A stretch of DNA of 64,000 bases from the human T2T-CHM13v2.0 reference genome, Homo sapiens, in the NCBI RefSeq assembly GCF_009914755.1, contig NC_060945.1; one strand, 5' to 3'. Under the pieces are notes generated by a model that was not told where the DNA came from, ran no database searches, and saw nothing but the letters and a program-made list of their open reading frames with translations. How positions within the stretch are numbered: the first letter of the stretch is position 1; each line of letters begins with the position of its first letter. Below, piece by piece: positions 13,982 through 27,725 of the stretch. The position numbers were made by a program, and so were the translations under genes.

Positions 13982-14195
13982 AAGCTGAAGAAAGTTTTTT
14001 CCACTTGAATTTTCAGCCTACCCTACTCCTTTCTCTATTATTATATAGCATAAGCTTAGAAGCTATTCCTTTCAATAGTCTCCTAGGCAATTCTGCTTCT
14101 AATATCATCACTATAACCCTTTAGCCATCCTTCCTCACTCTGACTTTACTGACAACAGTCAATCTGCTAATAGTGACAAAGTTTTTCATTCTTCC

Positions 14196-14424
14196 ATCTC
14201 TTTGTATCACCTAGTGTAACTCTCATCACTCTCAAACTGCCACTTTACACATTATTAATAACCAAAGAAGTGGTTATTAATAGGGTTAGGGTTAATTTTC
14301 TTAGCAATGGTTATTAATATGGTTATCAATGTTGGCACAATGATAACCAAATAATTAGCTGTTAATAATTTGTAAAGTGGAAGTTTGAGAGTGATGAGAG
14401 TTAAACTAGGTGATACAAAGAGAT
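14196..14424. repeat. Inverted repeat with 65-bp arms (14196-14260 and 14360-14424) and a 99-bp loop
   Basis: Arms are reverse complements at 61/65 positions by manual alignment. Confidence 0.92.
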
Positions 14425-14489
14425 CTCTCTGCAAACCATATTTATCTACCCTTTCATGTTAATATATTTGCCTACAACAAGAGTCAGTC

Positions 14490-14660
14490 CTCTGCCTGTG
14501 TGATTTTGTTAGAACACAGTTACACTTATTGCCACATATGTTGTTAATGTCTATTTTTGCACTACAAGAGTAAGGTTGAAAAATGTAAAGACCAACACAC
14601 GGCCTTCAATGCCTAAAATATTTGCTATTAGGCCTATTATAGAAAAAGTCCCAACCCCTG
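14490..14660. mobile_element. MER58-like hAT-Charlie fragment
   Basis: GCCTAAAATATTTGCTATTAGGCCTATTATAGAAAAAGTCCCAACCCCTG terminal region. Confidence 0.7.
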
Positions 14661-16527
14661 ACCTACAATGTACTTTTATTCCTTCAACTACCTAATCTCT
14701 ACTTACATTCAGATCGAGATGCATTAGTTCTACATGAAAACAAAAGAATATGCATACTGCCCATTGAAATGGGGTTACCACCACTTCTCTAAGCAAGCCT
14801 TTTTTTCCTGAACAGTCATACTCTTTAAGCATACATTTATTCTATAGAAATTTCCTGTTTATTTTTCTGTCTTTGCTGTATTCTCCTTTGTAAGAGATAC
14901 TTTTCAATTTTCTATCTGCATCACAAAAACCTAGAGCATAGCAAGCAGATAATATTGTTTGCAGACTTGAAATGGCAGGAATAGTGCTGGCAAATGAAGA
15001 TCCCACCATTGTTATCTGCCTAAAGTCAAAGGGATGACAAAGTAGTAGGAAAAATGTTGTGATTACAATTTCTTACAATACAGCCTTATAATGGCACTAG
15101 TTGAAATAACGAGTAAAAAAACAATGGAAGTTAATAAAGAGAAAAAATCTGATTACCAGAAAGTAAGTCTGTCAGGAAAGTTTTGTTCTAAGAGGAAAAA
15201 ATAGATTTGAGATCCCAACCATGTGCCAAATGCATCTTGCTAGGATGGTATTAATGATCCAGTTTTCTTATTTAGCTAAAACCCTAAGAAAAGGAATAAT
15301 ATATCTATGCCCCCAAACTAGGAAACAGATGAATGTTACATTCTGTCACTTTCTGAAGTTCATGGCTCTTTAGACTAGATGAGAACAAGTTGCCCAAAAA
15401 TCTCTTTTCCCAAAGCAGTGATGTGGGATCTGAATGGCTATTAAACAAGCTCAAGTGTGGAATGTACACATGCAAAATAGTTCGATTTATCTCTTTTTAC
15501 TGCCCTAGAATGTACAGTTTTACATTTTCCTTTCCTAATGGGAAGCCGATTCCTTAATGATATCTTAGGATGCTACCATTACTTTTCATTCACTTTGATA
15601 TTATAAGGATTCTGCCCAGCCTGGATGAAAATACTAACCTCAACCCTTCTCAAATCCTGTCTCCTACCCTTCCCTCAGTAGGCTCGTACTTGGGAATGTG
15701 AAGTGGATGAGGAAAGGTAGCTGGGTTTTCACTAGGTTTTGAACTACAGATTGTTAGAGTGGTGGATGAGGGGTGGGGAGGGCATGATTTGGTTCTAGGA
15801 CAAACTTTTCTCTGTTAACTTCCAGTATCCAGTTCTCTCTTTTTTATATAACAGCATTTTAGGTATTGTTAATATATCTCTATCCTATCTCTCAGTTCCT
15901 GCATTAAGAGAAAAAGACTATATACAAATAATATATCCCTCATAAGTATCAAACTCAATAAATAAATGTACCCAATAAATACAGCATTGGAATATAAGAA
16001 TATATTTTTAGTATATTTGTTAACTATGTAATTTGAATAGATTAACTGAATACATTTTTAATGTATTCAGGAATGTGAAGAATACATTCACAGAAATACA
16101 TTTTGAAATGTTCTGCCATATTTTCAATAAAAAACATATGAACAATAATACATCTGCAGGGAAAATAGTCTTGAGTTTTTTTGTTTGTGATTAAGGAATT
16201 TATAAGGGCTTTTTACATCCTCTATTGGTTTTTGAAGGCTGTTGATAACTCTGGGTTTGAAGGTATTCTCTCCTCCTTTCAAGCATACGACTATCCCTTC
16301 TCATTCTGGAGACATGGGCTGCTTAAACCAGCATTTCACCCTCAAATATTTCCAGCAAAGAAAGAACCAGGCTCTGTGCTCACAGTTTTCCCCAACAAAC
16401 AGGTGATACATGTCAACTTTTCCTATGAATATTCTACCCATACTGTCCCCAGCCTGGTTATATTGCTAATTCCACAATTTAGCAAACTCCTTGCCAGAGA
16501 TCAAGATCTCAGTGTCCTCTACCTGTA

Positions 16528-16883
16528 TACAATGCAGCCATCAAAAAGAATGAGATCATGTCCTTTGCAGGGACATGGATGGAGCTGGAGGCCGTTATCC
16601 TGAGCAAACACTCGCAGGAACAGAAAACCAAATACTGTATGTTCTCACATGTAAGTGGGAGCTAAATGATGAGAACACATGGACACATACAAGAGAACAA
16701 CAACACACACTGGGGCGTTTTGGAAGGTGGAGGGTTGAAGGAAGAGGGTCAGGAAAAACAACTGATGGGTATGAGGCCTAATACATGGGTGATGAAACAA
16801 TCTGTACAACCAGCCCCCATTACAGAAATTTACCTATGTAACAAACCTGCACTAATACCCCTGACCTTTTAATAAAAGTTAAA
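16528..16883 (+). mobile_element. L1PA13-16-like 3' end
   Basis: GCAGCCATCAAAAAGAATGAGATCATGTCCTTTGCAGGGACATGGATGGAGCTGG through AATAAAAG. Confidence 0.9.
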
Positions 16884-17322
16884 CACATATAAATATACAT
16901 ATGTATATAATCTCTTGATATTGAAGAGTGTGTGTGTATATAATATGTATTATATATACACAAAGTGTGGCAGTCAGGGCCATAAGAATGCTCAGGGGAA
17001 CTCAGGACAGAGCAGGGATCTCTACAATGAGGTGAGACAAGGGATAAAATTAAGGAAATTATGTTATTTCAATGTTAAATGGTGACCCAGAAGGCACAGA
17101 GCTTGAGGATGCTCAGATCGCACCAGTTATTAAACTCTAACTCAATATGAACATATTTTCCTCCATCTTAGAGGCTCAGGATCCTTTTTTGTTTTAAGAG
17201 AGAAAGTCTTGCTATGTTGCTCAGGGCTCAAATGATATTCCAGCCTCAGCGGAATACATTTTAGTGGCTCATTTTCAAGTCTTAAGAGTTTCTCAAGTGA
17301 TCATCTATTCTGTTCTGCTACC

Positions 17323-17324
<2 letters not shown>

Positions 17325-17356
<32 letters not shown>
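17325..17356. repeat. (CA)n microsatellite
   Basis: About 16 CA units. Confidence 0.95.
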
Positions 17357-17358
<2 letters not shown>

Positions 17359-18064
17359 ACTTCAAAATCAAGAGATTGCCCTCTTCCTTGGTTTGGGAAA
17401 TGGAAAATAAAACATCTCAGAAATCCCAAAGCAACATAATTCTTCATTTACTTTTCCCTAAAGGCTATACAGATGGAGATAGATAGGTGCGGACCTGGGG
17501 TGATGGTTATGGAATACCAGAACCAGCATGGCCATCTGTTAAATTCTCAGACACAATTATGCTTATAATTTTTATAGTTTCTTGGTCATGTCTTTGGAAT
17601 ATAAAATATTGAGTGTCTCTTTTTCTTCATTCTTGAATTCTAGTTGAAAAAGCCAAAGCAACTGGAAAGATCCATTCAAAATTACATCTTATAAGTATTA
17701 ACAATACTTAAAAAGAGAGGGGACGCTGGTTGAGAAAGTCACCTGGATCTGAATAGTAAAATATACAGAGACACAAAAGTACACGGTGTGTTGAACAACC
17801 CTGAATGCTTAGAATTTTGGAATGTAAAAATCAAAAAGTATAGAGGAGAAGGTGAAGAGGGAAAGGTTTTCAGGAAACAGATGAGCAAGTGTCTTACATG
17901 CTCTATTTAAAGTTTCAAACATAGTCAAGAAATTTGTTTTTTTATATTAAAGCATATTCTCATCTAGATATGAGAGAAATTTTCAGAAATGTGTCTCACA
18001 TTATTTGCTTTAAGCAATTCTACCAAAATTGAATATCTTTATCCATTGGATCTAAAGAGACTCA

Positions 18065-18365
<301 letters not shown>

Positions 18366-19616
18366 TGAATAATTACATAAATTATAAAGAGCTTCACAAG
18401 TATAAAGGGTAAAATTTATGTAAAATATATTTTTATTATTTTCACAATGTCTTACTTAAAACAGGAAAGATTCTAACATGATTTTTATACACTTTAAATT
18501 TTAGCATCGAAATTTGAATAAAAATGTTGAAAATAGTTCAGTTTACAGCTCTGTGGGGAAACTCCTGAGAACTAGATGGTTGGAACAAATATCAAATCAG
18601 AAAGATATTAAAGATGGCTGAACAAGAGCAGGCCATTAGGTGGAATATATAGAAATCAGTTAACACCAAAAAAAGTAAGTGTGCTGCATGTTCTGAAGCT
18701 ATAAATTACCCTGAATTACTCACCTATCTAAAGAATATGATCTCTGTGGGTTTTTAAGTGGATATTAAAGGAAGTCTTATTATGCAAAGAGCAGATTTTT
18801 ATAACTCTGGAAAGAATATGCCAAATAGTATAAAAATCTGGAAGCATGGTTGAATAACATTATCAGTTTCCAAAGATAAAATAGGAAATTCTAAGAATAA
18901 AAGTGTTGTCCATTTTTATGCTACATTCTCCAGTAAAAATAGCCAATGTTTCAAGTGATGACAATAAGTAGGGACTGAGAAGTATAAATTTATTCTATAA
19001 GTAAATGATATTACATTGTCAAAGTGAACAATGTATATTTGATTAAAATGTACAAATATGAAGAATCACAAAGTGGAATCTTCATAATAAGACTCAAATA
19101 TTGAAATCTGATTAAAAATAAATGAAGCATGAACATGATTTTTTCTTTTTTATTGATAAATATTCTCTGATGGGAAATATCTGTTGAAATTTTTTAATGT
19201 CTAAAAAGTTGTTTTCATTTGTAATAAAATGAATATTATATAAGCATAAATATTTTAAATATTAAATTTAAAATTTTTATATGCTTCAATATTACATTCA
19301 TAAAAGATGTTTAAAGAATCTACTGGCAAGATAATCAGTAGAGATACATTTATATTTTACAAATTAAAAAAGGGCCAGGTAAAAGGTAATTTTAACGTGC
19401 AGATAAGGTTTTGAAAAGAGGTGAATAAGTCTAAATACGTATGCCAATGAAATTGTCTACTCTAATTGGATAAATTTTATTTTGAGATGTTAATATAAAC
19501 TTTGTTTAACTCAGGAGAAAAACATATTTAGGCAAACACTACAAAGCATAAAACTTGCTGCTCAAAAAATCTAGATGGAAAGCTAGCCTTTAGAGAATTA
19601 TTCAATTAAAGTATAA

Positions 19617-19764
19617 TTTTATTTTTTTTCTTTTTTTTAATTAAACTTTAAGTTCTAGGGTACATGTGCACAACGTGCAGGTTTGTTACATATGTATACA
19701 TGTGCCATGTTGGTGTGCTGCACCCGTTAACTCGTCATTTACATTAGGTATATCTCCTAATGCT
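19617..19764 (-). mobile_element. L1PA4/5-like extreme 3' end (~150 bp)
   Basis: ACTTTAAGTTCTAGGGTACATGTGCACAACGTGCAGGTTTGTTAC...TCTCCTAATGCT. Confidence 0.92.
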
Positions 19765-20529
19765 TTTCTAGTGTGTTATATTTTAGCTGAGAGTAAGAAC
19801 CTAATTTCTTAGTGGAAAAAAGCAAATGTAGACAGTCAAGGTAAGGTGTTTCAAGTAAAGGAGAAAGGAAAAGGCAAGCCTCATGGCCTTTGTATCACTT
19901 GGAAGTCATACTTTATGTCATCATCACTAGTGACGACACACATCTCTTAATATCACTAAGTCCTCTGGCTCTACTTTGTATGTATGGCATGTGGATATCA
20001 ATCATTTCTAATATTTGAGTTTTGGAAACAACCTTACACATTAAGTTCATGTAATCTCTAATCATCAAAAATTGCAAAGTCTTCATTGTGCCCTGCAAGC
20101 CTCTACTAATCTTCAGGTTTTCACTAGCTCTAAATTTACTCTTATGGTAATTTATATAAAACCATTTCATATAATAAACTGCATATATAATTGAAAAGGA
20201 TTTGCAATTATGATAAAATAGTTATCTAATTGCTTTAATTCTCCATTATTTTCCTAGTATACTACTGAATTCCTGAATTTCCAATTCAATGTGTGCCCTA
20301 ACTTTAACAGTGTTACTTTCAACGACTTACTCTCCACATAGATTCTCATGCTATTTAATTTTTGTTATGAGCAAATATAACTATCTTTATTGAGTCATGT
20401 AGGATGTTGATATAAAATTTGTTTGCAGCTTATCTATTATATTTCGAGAATTATAATACAAATCATAATACAAGAGGTATGTACAAGACATGAAGATCAA
20501 AAAATAAACACAAAAGTAAAGTTTTAACC

Positions 20530-20790
20530 CACAATTTCACAGTCTTACAGGGAAGATAGACACATATCAGGTAGTATAATAATGTGTGAAGTGCAATAAC
20601 AAAGATTCAGATAACACTGTGAGTCCACAATGAAAATACACTACTCAGACTTGGGAAATCAGAGGCGGTTTTCTAGGTAAGGTGATGACTAAGCTGGCCC
20701 TAAAAGAACACACTAGGAGAAGTGTAATGTGGGACTGGAGAGATGAAGGAAAAGGTATCTCAGGCTGAAAGAGCCATAGGAACAACAAGA
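20530..20790 (-). mobile_element. L2 fragment
   Basis: CTCAGACTTGGGAAATCAGAGGCGGTTTTCTAGGTAAGGTGATG resembles reverse L2. Confidence 0.55.
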
Positions 20791-21158
20791 AATAATTATA
20801 TACATGGAAAATGTTCAGGAAATTAAAAGCAGGAACAGAAGCATAAATTCTAGAGGAAAAAGATTCAGATAATAAGATAGAATAGTGCAGTCATGAAGAT
20901 TCCTCTCAACTGAAGTGGTTTTAGAAACTGAAGGATTGGAATGTAGAAAGATATTTGATGTGGGGAGTTAGGGAGGGCGAGGTGATAAACATTACTCTGA
21001 GATTTGGACTTTGGGTGGAAGATCATAATGGCAAAAAACCACATAGGAATACAGAACAAAAGGGTACTGCTTACATAGTTTATCCATTAGAGTTGTAAGA
21101 CTGCAATCAATAGAAGACAATGTTGGCTATCTTAGGTAGAAAGGAAACTTGTTGGGAA

Positions 21159-21687
21159 TAGTAGGCAGCCTCTAAGATGTTTCCCAATCATGTGAATCCC
21201 CTAGGATTCACAGCCTTGTATAATTCCCTTCCACTGACTGTGGGCTGAATTTATTGACTTACTTCTAATGAATAGAATAAGCTGAAGTGATGGGATATTA
21301 CCTCAGGGATTAGGTTAACAAGAATGCTGTGGTTTTAATCATGGATGTTCTCTCTTTCCCTCTTAGATCACCAACCCTCGTAAAACCCAGCTGCCATGCT
21401 GTAAGAAAACCTTGTAGAGAGGCCCACATAGCAAATTTGGAAACAAAGTTTCTGAGGTCTGCCAACAGCCACATGAGTGAGCTCACCTGCCCCAGCTGGG
21501 GCTGGCAATAGCTGCAGCCCCACCAACAGCATGATTGCAATCTCATTAGAAAACTAGAGCTGGAGGCACCCAGTTAAACCACTCCCAAATCCCTGAGCTA
21601 CGGACACTGTAAGAAACAATCAACGTGGTCATTTTGAGTTGTTTCATTTTGAGGTAATTTGCTTTATATCAACAAATAACTAACACA
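21159..21687 (+). mobile_element. MLT1F-like LTR
   Basis: GTAGGCAGCCTCTAAGATG...CAGCTGCCATG...GAGAGGCCCACA...GCCAACAGCCAC...AATAACTAACACA. Confidence 0.85.
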
Positions 21688-22119
21688 GGAAGATATCAGA
21701 TGGGGCATAGTTAGAATAGTAGCCATGAAAACAGGACAGCATCCAGAAAAGAAACCGAAGCAACAAGAACTGCTCAACCATGCAAGCGGGATGCCATCGT
21801 TGAAATAAGTGGACTTCAAGTTTTTGGTCCTTGTATTACAATATCCAGAATGATGGAGAGAGAATCCAGTTGTCTGTTTCAGAAACATGCTCACCCTTAG
21901 ACCACAATATGGTAAATTAAAATACCTGCAAAAATAGCCTTTTACATTCTCTAAACACTCCTTTGGCATCTGCAGTGAGAGGGCAGAGCTCCTGAACTGA
22001 CAAAAATGCATTCAAATGAGAGAGAGAGATTTTTCCAAAATAAAACCAAGCAGCCATCAAGAAAGACAAACTGGTGTTGGGTATACAACACACAGTGAAT
22101 GCCCACTGTCTGGGGAGGA

Positions 22120-22590
22120 AGGAATCAACTATTGGACATAGTAACGTTTTTATGACATCTAGGTGAAGATGTATATGAACAGTTTAACATATGGGTCTAA
22201 GCTTAAATGAGAGAAGCCAGGACATAGTTGAGAGTCATCAGCACTTAGCTGGCATTGGAGTAAAGATAAATTTATTGTTTCATTTGTGGGAAGCAGGTCA
22301 AATAAGAAGAGACTTTAACTGATGGTGGGATGCTATGAAGTACCAACAATGCAAAGAAATATTTCAAAGAAATATCAACATTTTAAAGAAAAAGAGAAGC
22401 ACATAAAGATAATAAGAAATAACAGTAATTTGAGAAGAATCAACAGAATCTTGGGCACCAAAGTCAAGGAGAAGAGAATTTCAAAGAAGTGACTGGCAGT
22501 ATCAGTTGTACTAGAATATTTCAGTAAAATATCAACTACAAAATGGCCTTTACTTTTGGAAATCAATGTTGATAGATACCTTTCCTGAAA
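22120..22590 (-). mobile_element. L2 fragment
   Basis: GACATCTAGGTGAAGATG...GAGAGTCATCAGCA...AAGGAGAAGAGAATTTCAAAGAAG. Confidence 0.55.
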
Positions 22591-24364
22591 ACACGTCAGT
22601 CATATCAATATCAATATCAAAATCGTGTTCATAAAAGTTGGTGGCTATTCCTTGCACTTAGAATCAAGTTCCGAGTTCTAGGCTTACTTTCAAAATTCTC
22701 ACATAATATATCTGCTCAATTTAGCACCTGTAAAGACTGCTTATCTCCCTGGCAAGATTATATTTCACTTCAAAGATGGAGACTGTATCTTGCTTTTCTA
22801 TCTACTATAATATCTACCCTAATATGAAGAATATAGGAAGTTATCAATAAATCCATTTTTGAAAAAAGGTGTTTACATTGTTCATTCTATTACATATCAT
22901 TTATCTTCCTCTCTATTTTTATAAAACCTAGACTGTTAATAAGCCAACTTGAATACAGTTTAAATTAAAAGCTGACACTAAACAAAGTCTTTCTAGTTCA
23001 CTTGCTCTCTCTCAAGCATGTGTGTCTGAATTTCCATGGAGTCAATAAAACAGAGTTATAGAGTTCACTATATCTTTAATCTTTTCCCTCTTGTCTACTA
23101 ATTGCAAAGAAAGCAGACTGAGTCTAGATACTGTTAGGCTGTTTATAATTATCCACCTTTGCTTGACTATGTATCCTTTCTAGTACAGAAAACCAATCAA
23201 CAAACAAACAAAAAAAACAACCAATTGTCACTGTGTGATTTATTTCCTAAACTAAACCACCATCAAACAGATAGCTACACAAATATAAGCACCACTTTTT
23301 AACAGGCAACATTAAGTAATGTGTGAAAAATAAGCTTTAATATTGAAAAAAAGAAGTAAGCCTAAAAAAATGTTGTAATGTGTGCAATCTACACCATTTC
23401 TGTTTTTAATTTAAGAGGTGTTATGTTTGAAGATTTACTGGTCCATTGTAACAGCAGAGCAAAAGGGTTAGAGGAGTACTTGGGGTCAACAAGATTCCAG
23501 TTTTTCTTTACTCTTTAAGCCACTTTTCTAATAATCATGCAAACTTGGGGAAAATATTTCATAAACCTAGTTTTAAAAGTAAACTCTTTTTAGTATTTGT
23601 TTTAGTTACTTTGGTTATATATTTGGAAGATCTTTTCGCAGGTTAATAGAAATACTGATTTGTTTCAGTGTCTCCCAACGTTGATATTTTATAAGTCTTA
23701 CATGCAATTTGTGACATGACTTATTTAAAGTTAGCGGGAGAGCAGCCATCGTCCTTTGCCAATTCCAGTTCGCATACTAAATGCAGGCATTCTCATGCAG
23801 TACAGCACCTGCATAAATTTGAAAAATTGAGAATCATGAAAATGGTATTTCAATAGCAGTTCAGTTCAGCAAATGGACAAAATTTATCATGCGACATAAC
23901 ACCTTGAACAAGGTTAATGCCCTGTGGAAACCATATTTCCCTGAAAAAGATTTTGTTGTTGATGCTGATGATTTTCAATAAATACATACATAATCCTTCA
24001 ATTGCACATTTTTTCTCTCATATCTAGATAGTGCTAAATTATAGGTCAATATCATAAAAAGAAAGAAAAAACTATAGCTACAGTAAAAATAATGTATAAG
24101 AGGCATGTAAACAAATAACACACATACACAGCTAAATGGGAGAGAGCCAACAACTCTTTTTAAATAGTGAGTATCTGATGGAATTTTATTTTACAAAATG
24201 TGTTAATGCTTGCTAATGTTTTTAATATTTTTATCCATTCCCAAATTCAAAGGTAATGACAATTCTGACAAGACAAGAAATTATAATATAGTTACATGAA
24301 TTATACAGCTAATAGTCATTTTGTGCTCTTTCTTTTTAACCAGGGAAAACTGTCCCATTTTAGT

Positions 24365-24421
24365 ACACACACAAAGAGAGAGACACACAGAAAGAGTGAG
24401 AGACAGACAGAGAGACGTACA

Positions 24422-24463
<42 letters not shown>
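24365..24463. repeat. Compound (GA/CA)n microsatellite
   Basis: GA-rich run followed by about 20 CA units. Confidence 0.9.
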
Positions 24464-24467
<4 letters not shown>

Positions 24468-24969
24468 GTAAAATAGTCTGCCCCTACTGTCAAGTTAAAA
24501 ATTATCAATTATGAGGAATTTGGCAAGTGTGGATACTTTGCAGAACTTGAAAACGTGTAATAAACTTTAAAAGTTTGTCTGTAATAAATGGTTTCTTGAT
24601 CTGTGCTCCCATCCCATACTCATCCTCTCTTTCTCTCTCTCTCGTACACAAACCATAGAATTCTTTTCACAAGGAATCAAAGCAAATCAAATTACTGAAA
24701 TTTCTGGAAGAGCTCAATCTTTCTTAGCACTGAAAATAACAGATATGGGCAGAAAACTTTATAGGGGACTCAGGAAATAAAATAAATATATTTTTGAACA
24801 TAGCAATAATTTTTACTTGGCCTGTAAAAATTTGTAAAGTTTCTATTTTGTTTGATTGAGATGGAAGGGTTCATATGGTATAATTGGCCCCTATGTTTAA
24901 AATTGCACCTATATAAAATTATAATCTGCAAGGTAATTAACGTAGTACTTTGTAATTCCTATTTTTATA

Positions 24970-25266
24970 ATTTTTTTTTTTTTTGAGACGAAGTCTACCT
25001 CTGTTGCCCATGCTGGAGTACAGTGGCGTGATCTTGGCTCATTGCAACCTCCACCTCCCAGGTTCAAGCTATTCTTCTGCCTCAGACTCCTGAGTAGCTG
25101 AGACTACAGGTGCCCGCCACGATGCCCCGCTAATTTTTTGTATTTTTTAGTAAAGACAGGGTTTCACCATGTTGGGCGGGCTGGTCTCGAACTCCTGACC
25201 TTGTGATCTGCCTGCCTCAGCCTCCCAAAGTGCTGGGATTACAGGCGTGAGCCACCGTGCCCTGCC
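24970..25266 (-). mobile_element. AluS
   Basis: Full Alu with poly-T. Confidence 0.93.
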
Positions 25267-26584
25267 TTAAAAATTAATTTTTAAGATGCATGTTAAAAAA
25301 TAAGCTTAAAGCAGCCGTTTTTCAAAGGAGAAGTCAAAATTCTTTAGGGGGATATAGCAACTACAGTTGTCCCAGTAATTGAGGGGAACGTCTTCCTCTT
25401 CAGCTTGATGACTACCAGGGAGATGACAAAAGAAAGTCTGGCAGGCTTTCTGCGACCCTTCTGCTTGATTTGATTTAACAATTATTTAAACGTTGATAAG
25501 TATCTCTGGAACTATTTTAGGAAATTATATTTGAACTTTGAATCTTTTTATTGTGCAAGAATGTATCTGTGATAGTATGCATAATTTTCTATACATATGT
25601 ATCTTATGTGTATATATGAATACACAAATGTATACAGATACATTCATGGGGGATATTGGAACTGCCTCAAGTGCACATATACACACACACACTCACTCTC
25701 TCACACACACAAACACACATGTAAGCCTTCATTCAATGGTTTAAATTTCCTGTGGAATCTTGTTTAAAGGATTTTATGGCACAATTTTTGCACATTAAAA
25801 TGGCATAAGATTTTCTTTAATAACATTTTATTTAGATACTGTGAACTAGGTAGTATGAGAATATGATACATATTCAACTAATTAGTTGAATTCTCATATT
25901 CAACTAATACAGGCAAGTCTAATCTTATTAACAGTGCATAATTGAATGTCTATGACATGCTAATAGGTAAATGTATTATTGCTATTAATACAAAAGTGAC
26001 CTGAACTCTTATTACATGTGTAGCTTATCATCCTGCCTATATAAGAAGAATATAGCTTATTATCCTGATGACACAGAATAAATATAAAAACAAAAACAAT
26101 TTTATAGTTTGATAGATAGTGGAAAGACAGTATTTTGCTTTGGAAGTACTAAGAGATATGAAAGTCAATAGTGCCATCTTTGTACCATTTATCTTTAACT
26201 ATTTCTTCTGTCAGATACTGGTGACAGAAAAAATGATCAAGATGTCTTTCTTCCCTCAGAAAATCTAGAGTCTTATTTTCATGTTCCCTATTTTCTGTCC
26301 TTCCGTCCCAAACATATTTTCCCTGCTTGCCAATATTTCACCTTCGTTTCTGGCAACAGACACAAGCACATTCATACAGCAGCATTGTAGAATTTCCTTA
26401 AAGCGACCTTGATTGTGTCAAGCATGTCAATGACAATACTTTTGTGGTAGTCTCTTTACATCCTAAGTAATCTAGGACTAGCTGTAGTCAGAGATAATTC
26501 ATTTATAAGAATAAGAAAATGCTTAGGAGTCGATGTGTTTTCTCTAATGAATAGTTCAAAAATTCATTTGTTTTAGAAATAGAT

Positions 26585-26960
26585 GTGTTCATTTATGCCT
26601 TTATTCACTTTAGAAATATTTATAATCTGATCTATCTGGGCTGAACACTCTGCTATGAATTTAAAAATCAGAGGATATGAGTCTAAAGTAGAGACAATTA
26701 AGTGAACAAGTAAAATATAAAGAAAAAACGGCTACAGAAAATAATTTCAGACAGGGAGAGTGTGCCAACTCTTTCTGCAGTGTTGCAAGAAAGCTTCTGT
26801 GAGGAGGTCATAATTGAGTTGATTATTTAAGGTTGAGTAGGATTTTACCAGATGGTACCTCACATTGGGGATGTGGGAGGGGAAGTCACTTCTGCCAGAG
26901 GAGAAATCACATGAAAAAGCGTAGAAGAGAGAAAGGATAAAAATTTTAGAGACTTGAAGT
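26585..26960 (-). mobile_element. L2 fragment
   Basis: AGAAAGCTTCTGTGAGGAGGTCATAATTGAGTTG...GAGTAGGATTTTACCAG. Confidence 0.6.
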
Positions 26961-27399
26961 ATATAAGAAGAGACTTGTGTGTTAACACTAAGATACATAA
27001 ATCCTAGACAATAGGAGGTATTTAAAACATAAAGTAAGGAAATGTCATCCTTAATTTTTGTTTTATATTTTAACTTTTAAATCCTTGAGTGAGCATTTTA
27101 ATTTCGTGTTTTTAGTTATAATCCTCACACTTTATAGGGAAAATATTTTGAGTCATATAAGATTGGCATTCCTCTGGAGTGTTTTCATAATATACTGAAT
27201 CTCATTTGTCCTTTAATTTGTCAGACTAAATTGTTATTTCTTGCTTATAGCTTTACATCCCTTGTGATTCAAGGATAAGAATGATATTTCTTATACACTT
27301 AGAGGGCCCCTAGGATTTCAAATACAATAAAATTGTAACAATTATTTGGTGTATAAATGAATGAATGATCCACTCTTCCTCTCTCTTTGCTCCTGGGAA

Positions 27400-27725
27400 G
27401 TACTTGCTCCTTATCTAGTATCTTACATCTCAGTAAAGGTCACCACAATTTAATCAATTGCTTGGGACATTTACCTGGGATTTTGTTTTTAACTCCTTTC
27501 TTTCACAACACACATTAATCCATGAGAAAATCCTATTAGTTTTTTTCTTCATATTATGTCATGAATTTAACAACTTTTCACATGCTCAACTATTGCCTGA
27601 ACTATTACAATTTCTTACTGACTGATGTCCTCAGGTTACACTTGACAGTTCCCGTAGAGGAGTGTTATCTTTTAATATAAATGTAAATCTGATCACATTG
27701 CTGTGTTCCTCAACATGGTTTTTTT
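27400..27725 (+). mobile_element. L2a fragment
   Basis: CATCTCAGTAAAGGTCACCAC...AAATGTAAATCTGATCAC. Confidence 0.7.

Noticed and set aside
16181-16603. 140-aa ORF
   Set aside because: Starts at TTG, runs into an L1 3' end, and has no recognisable domain
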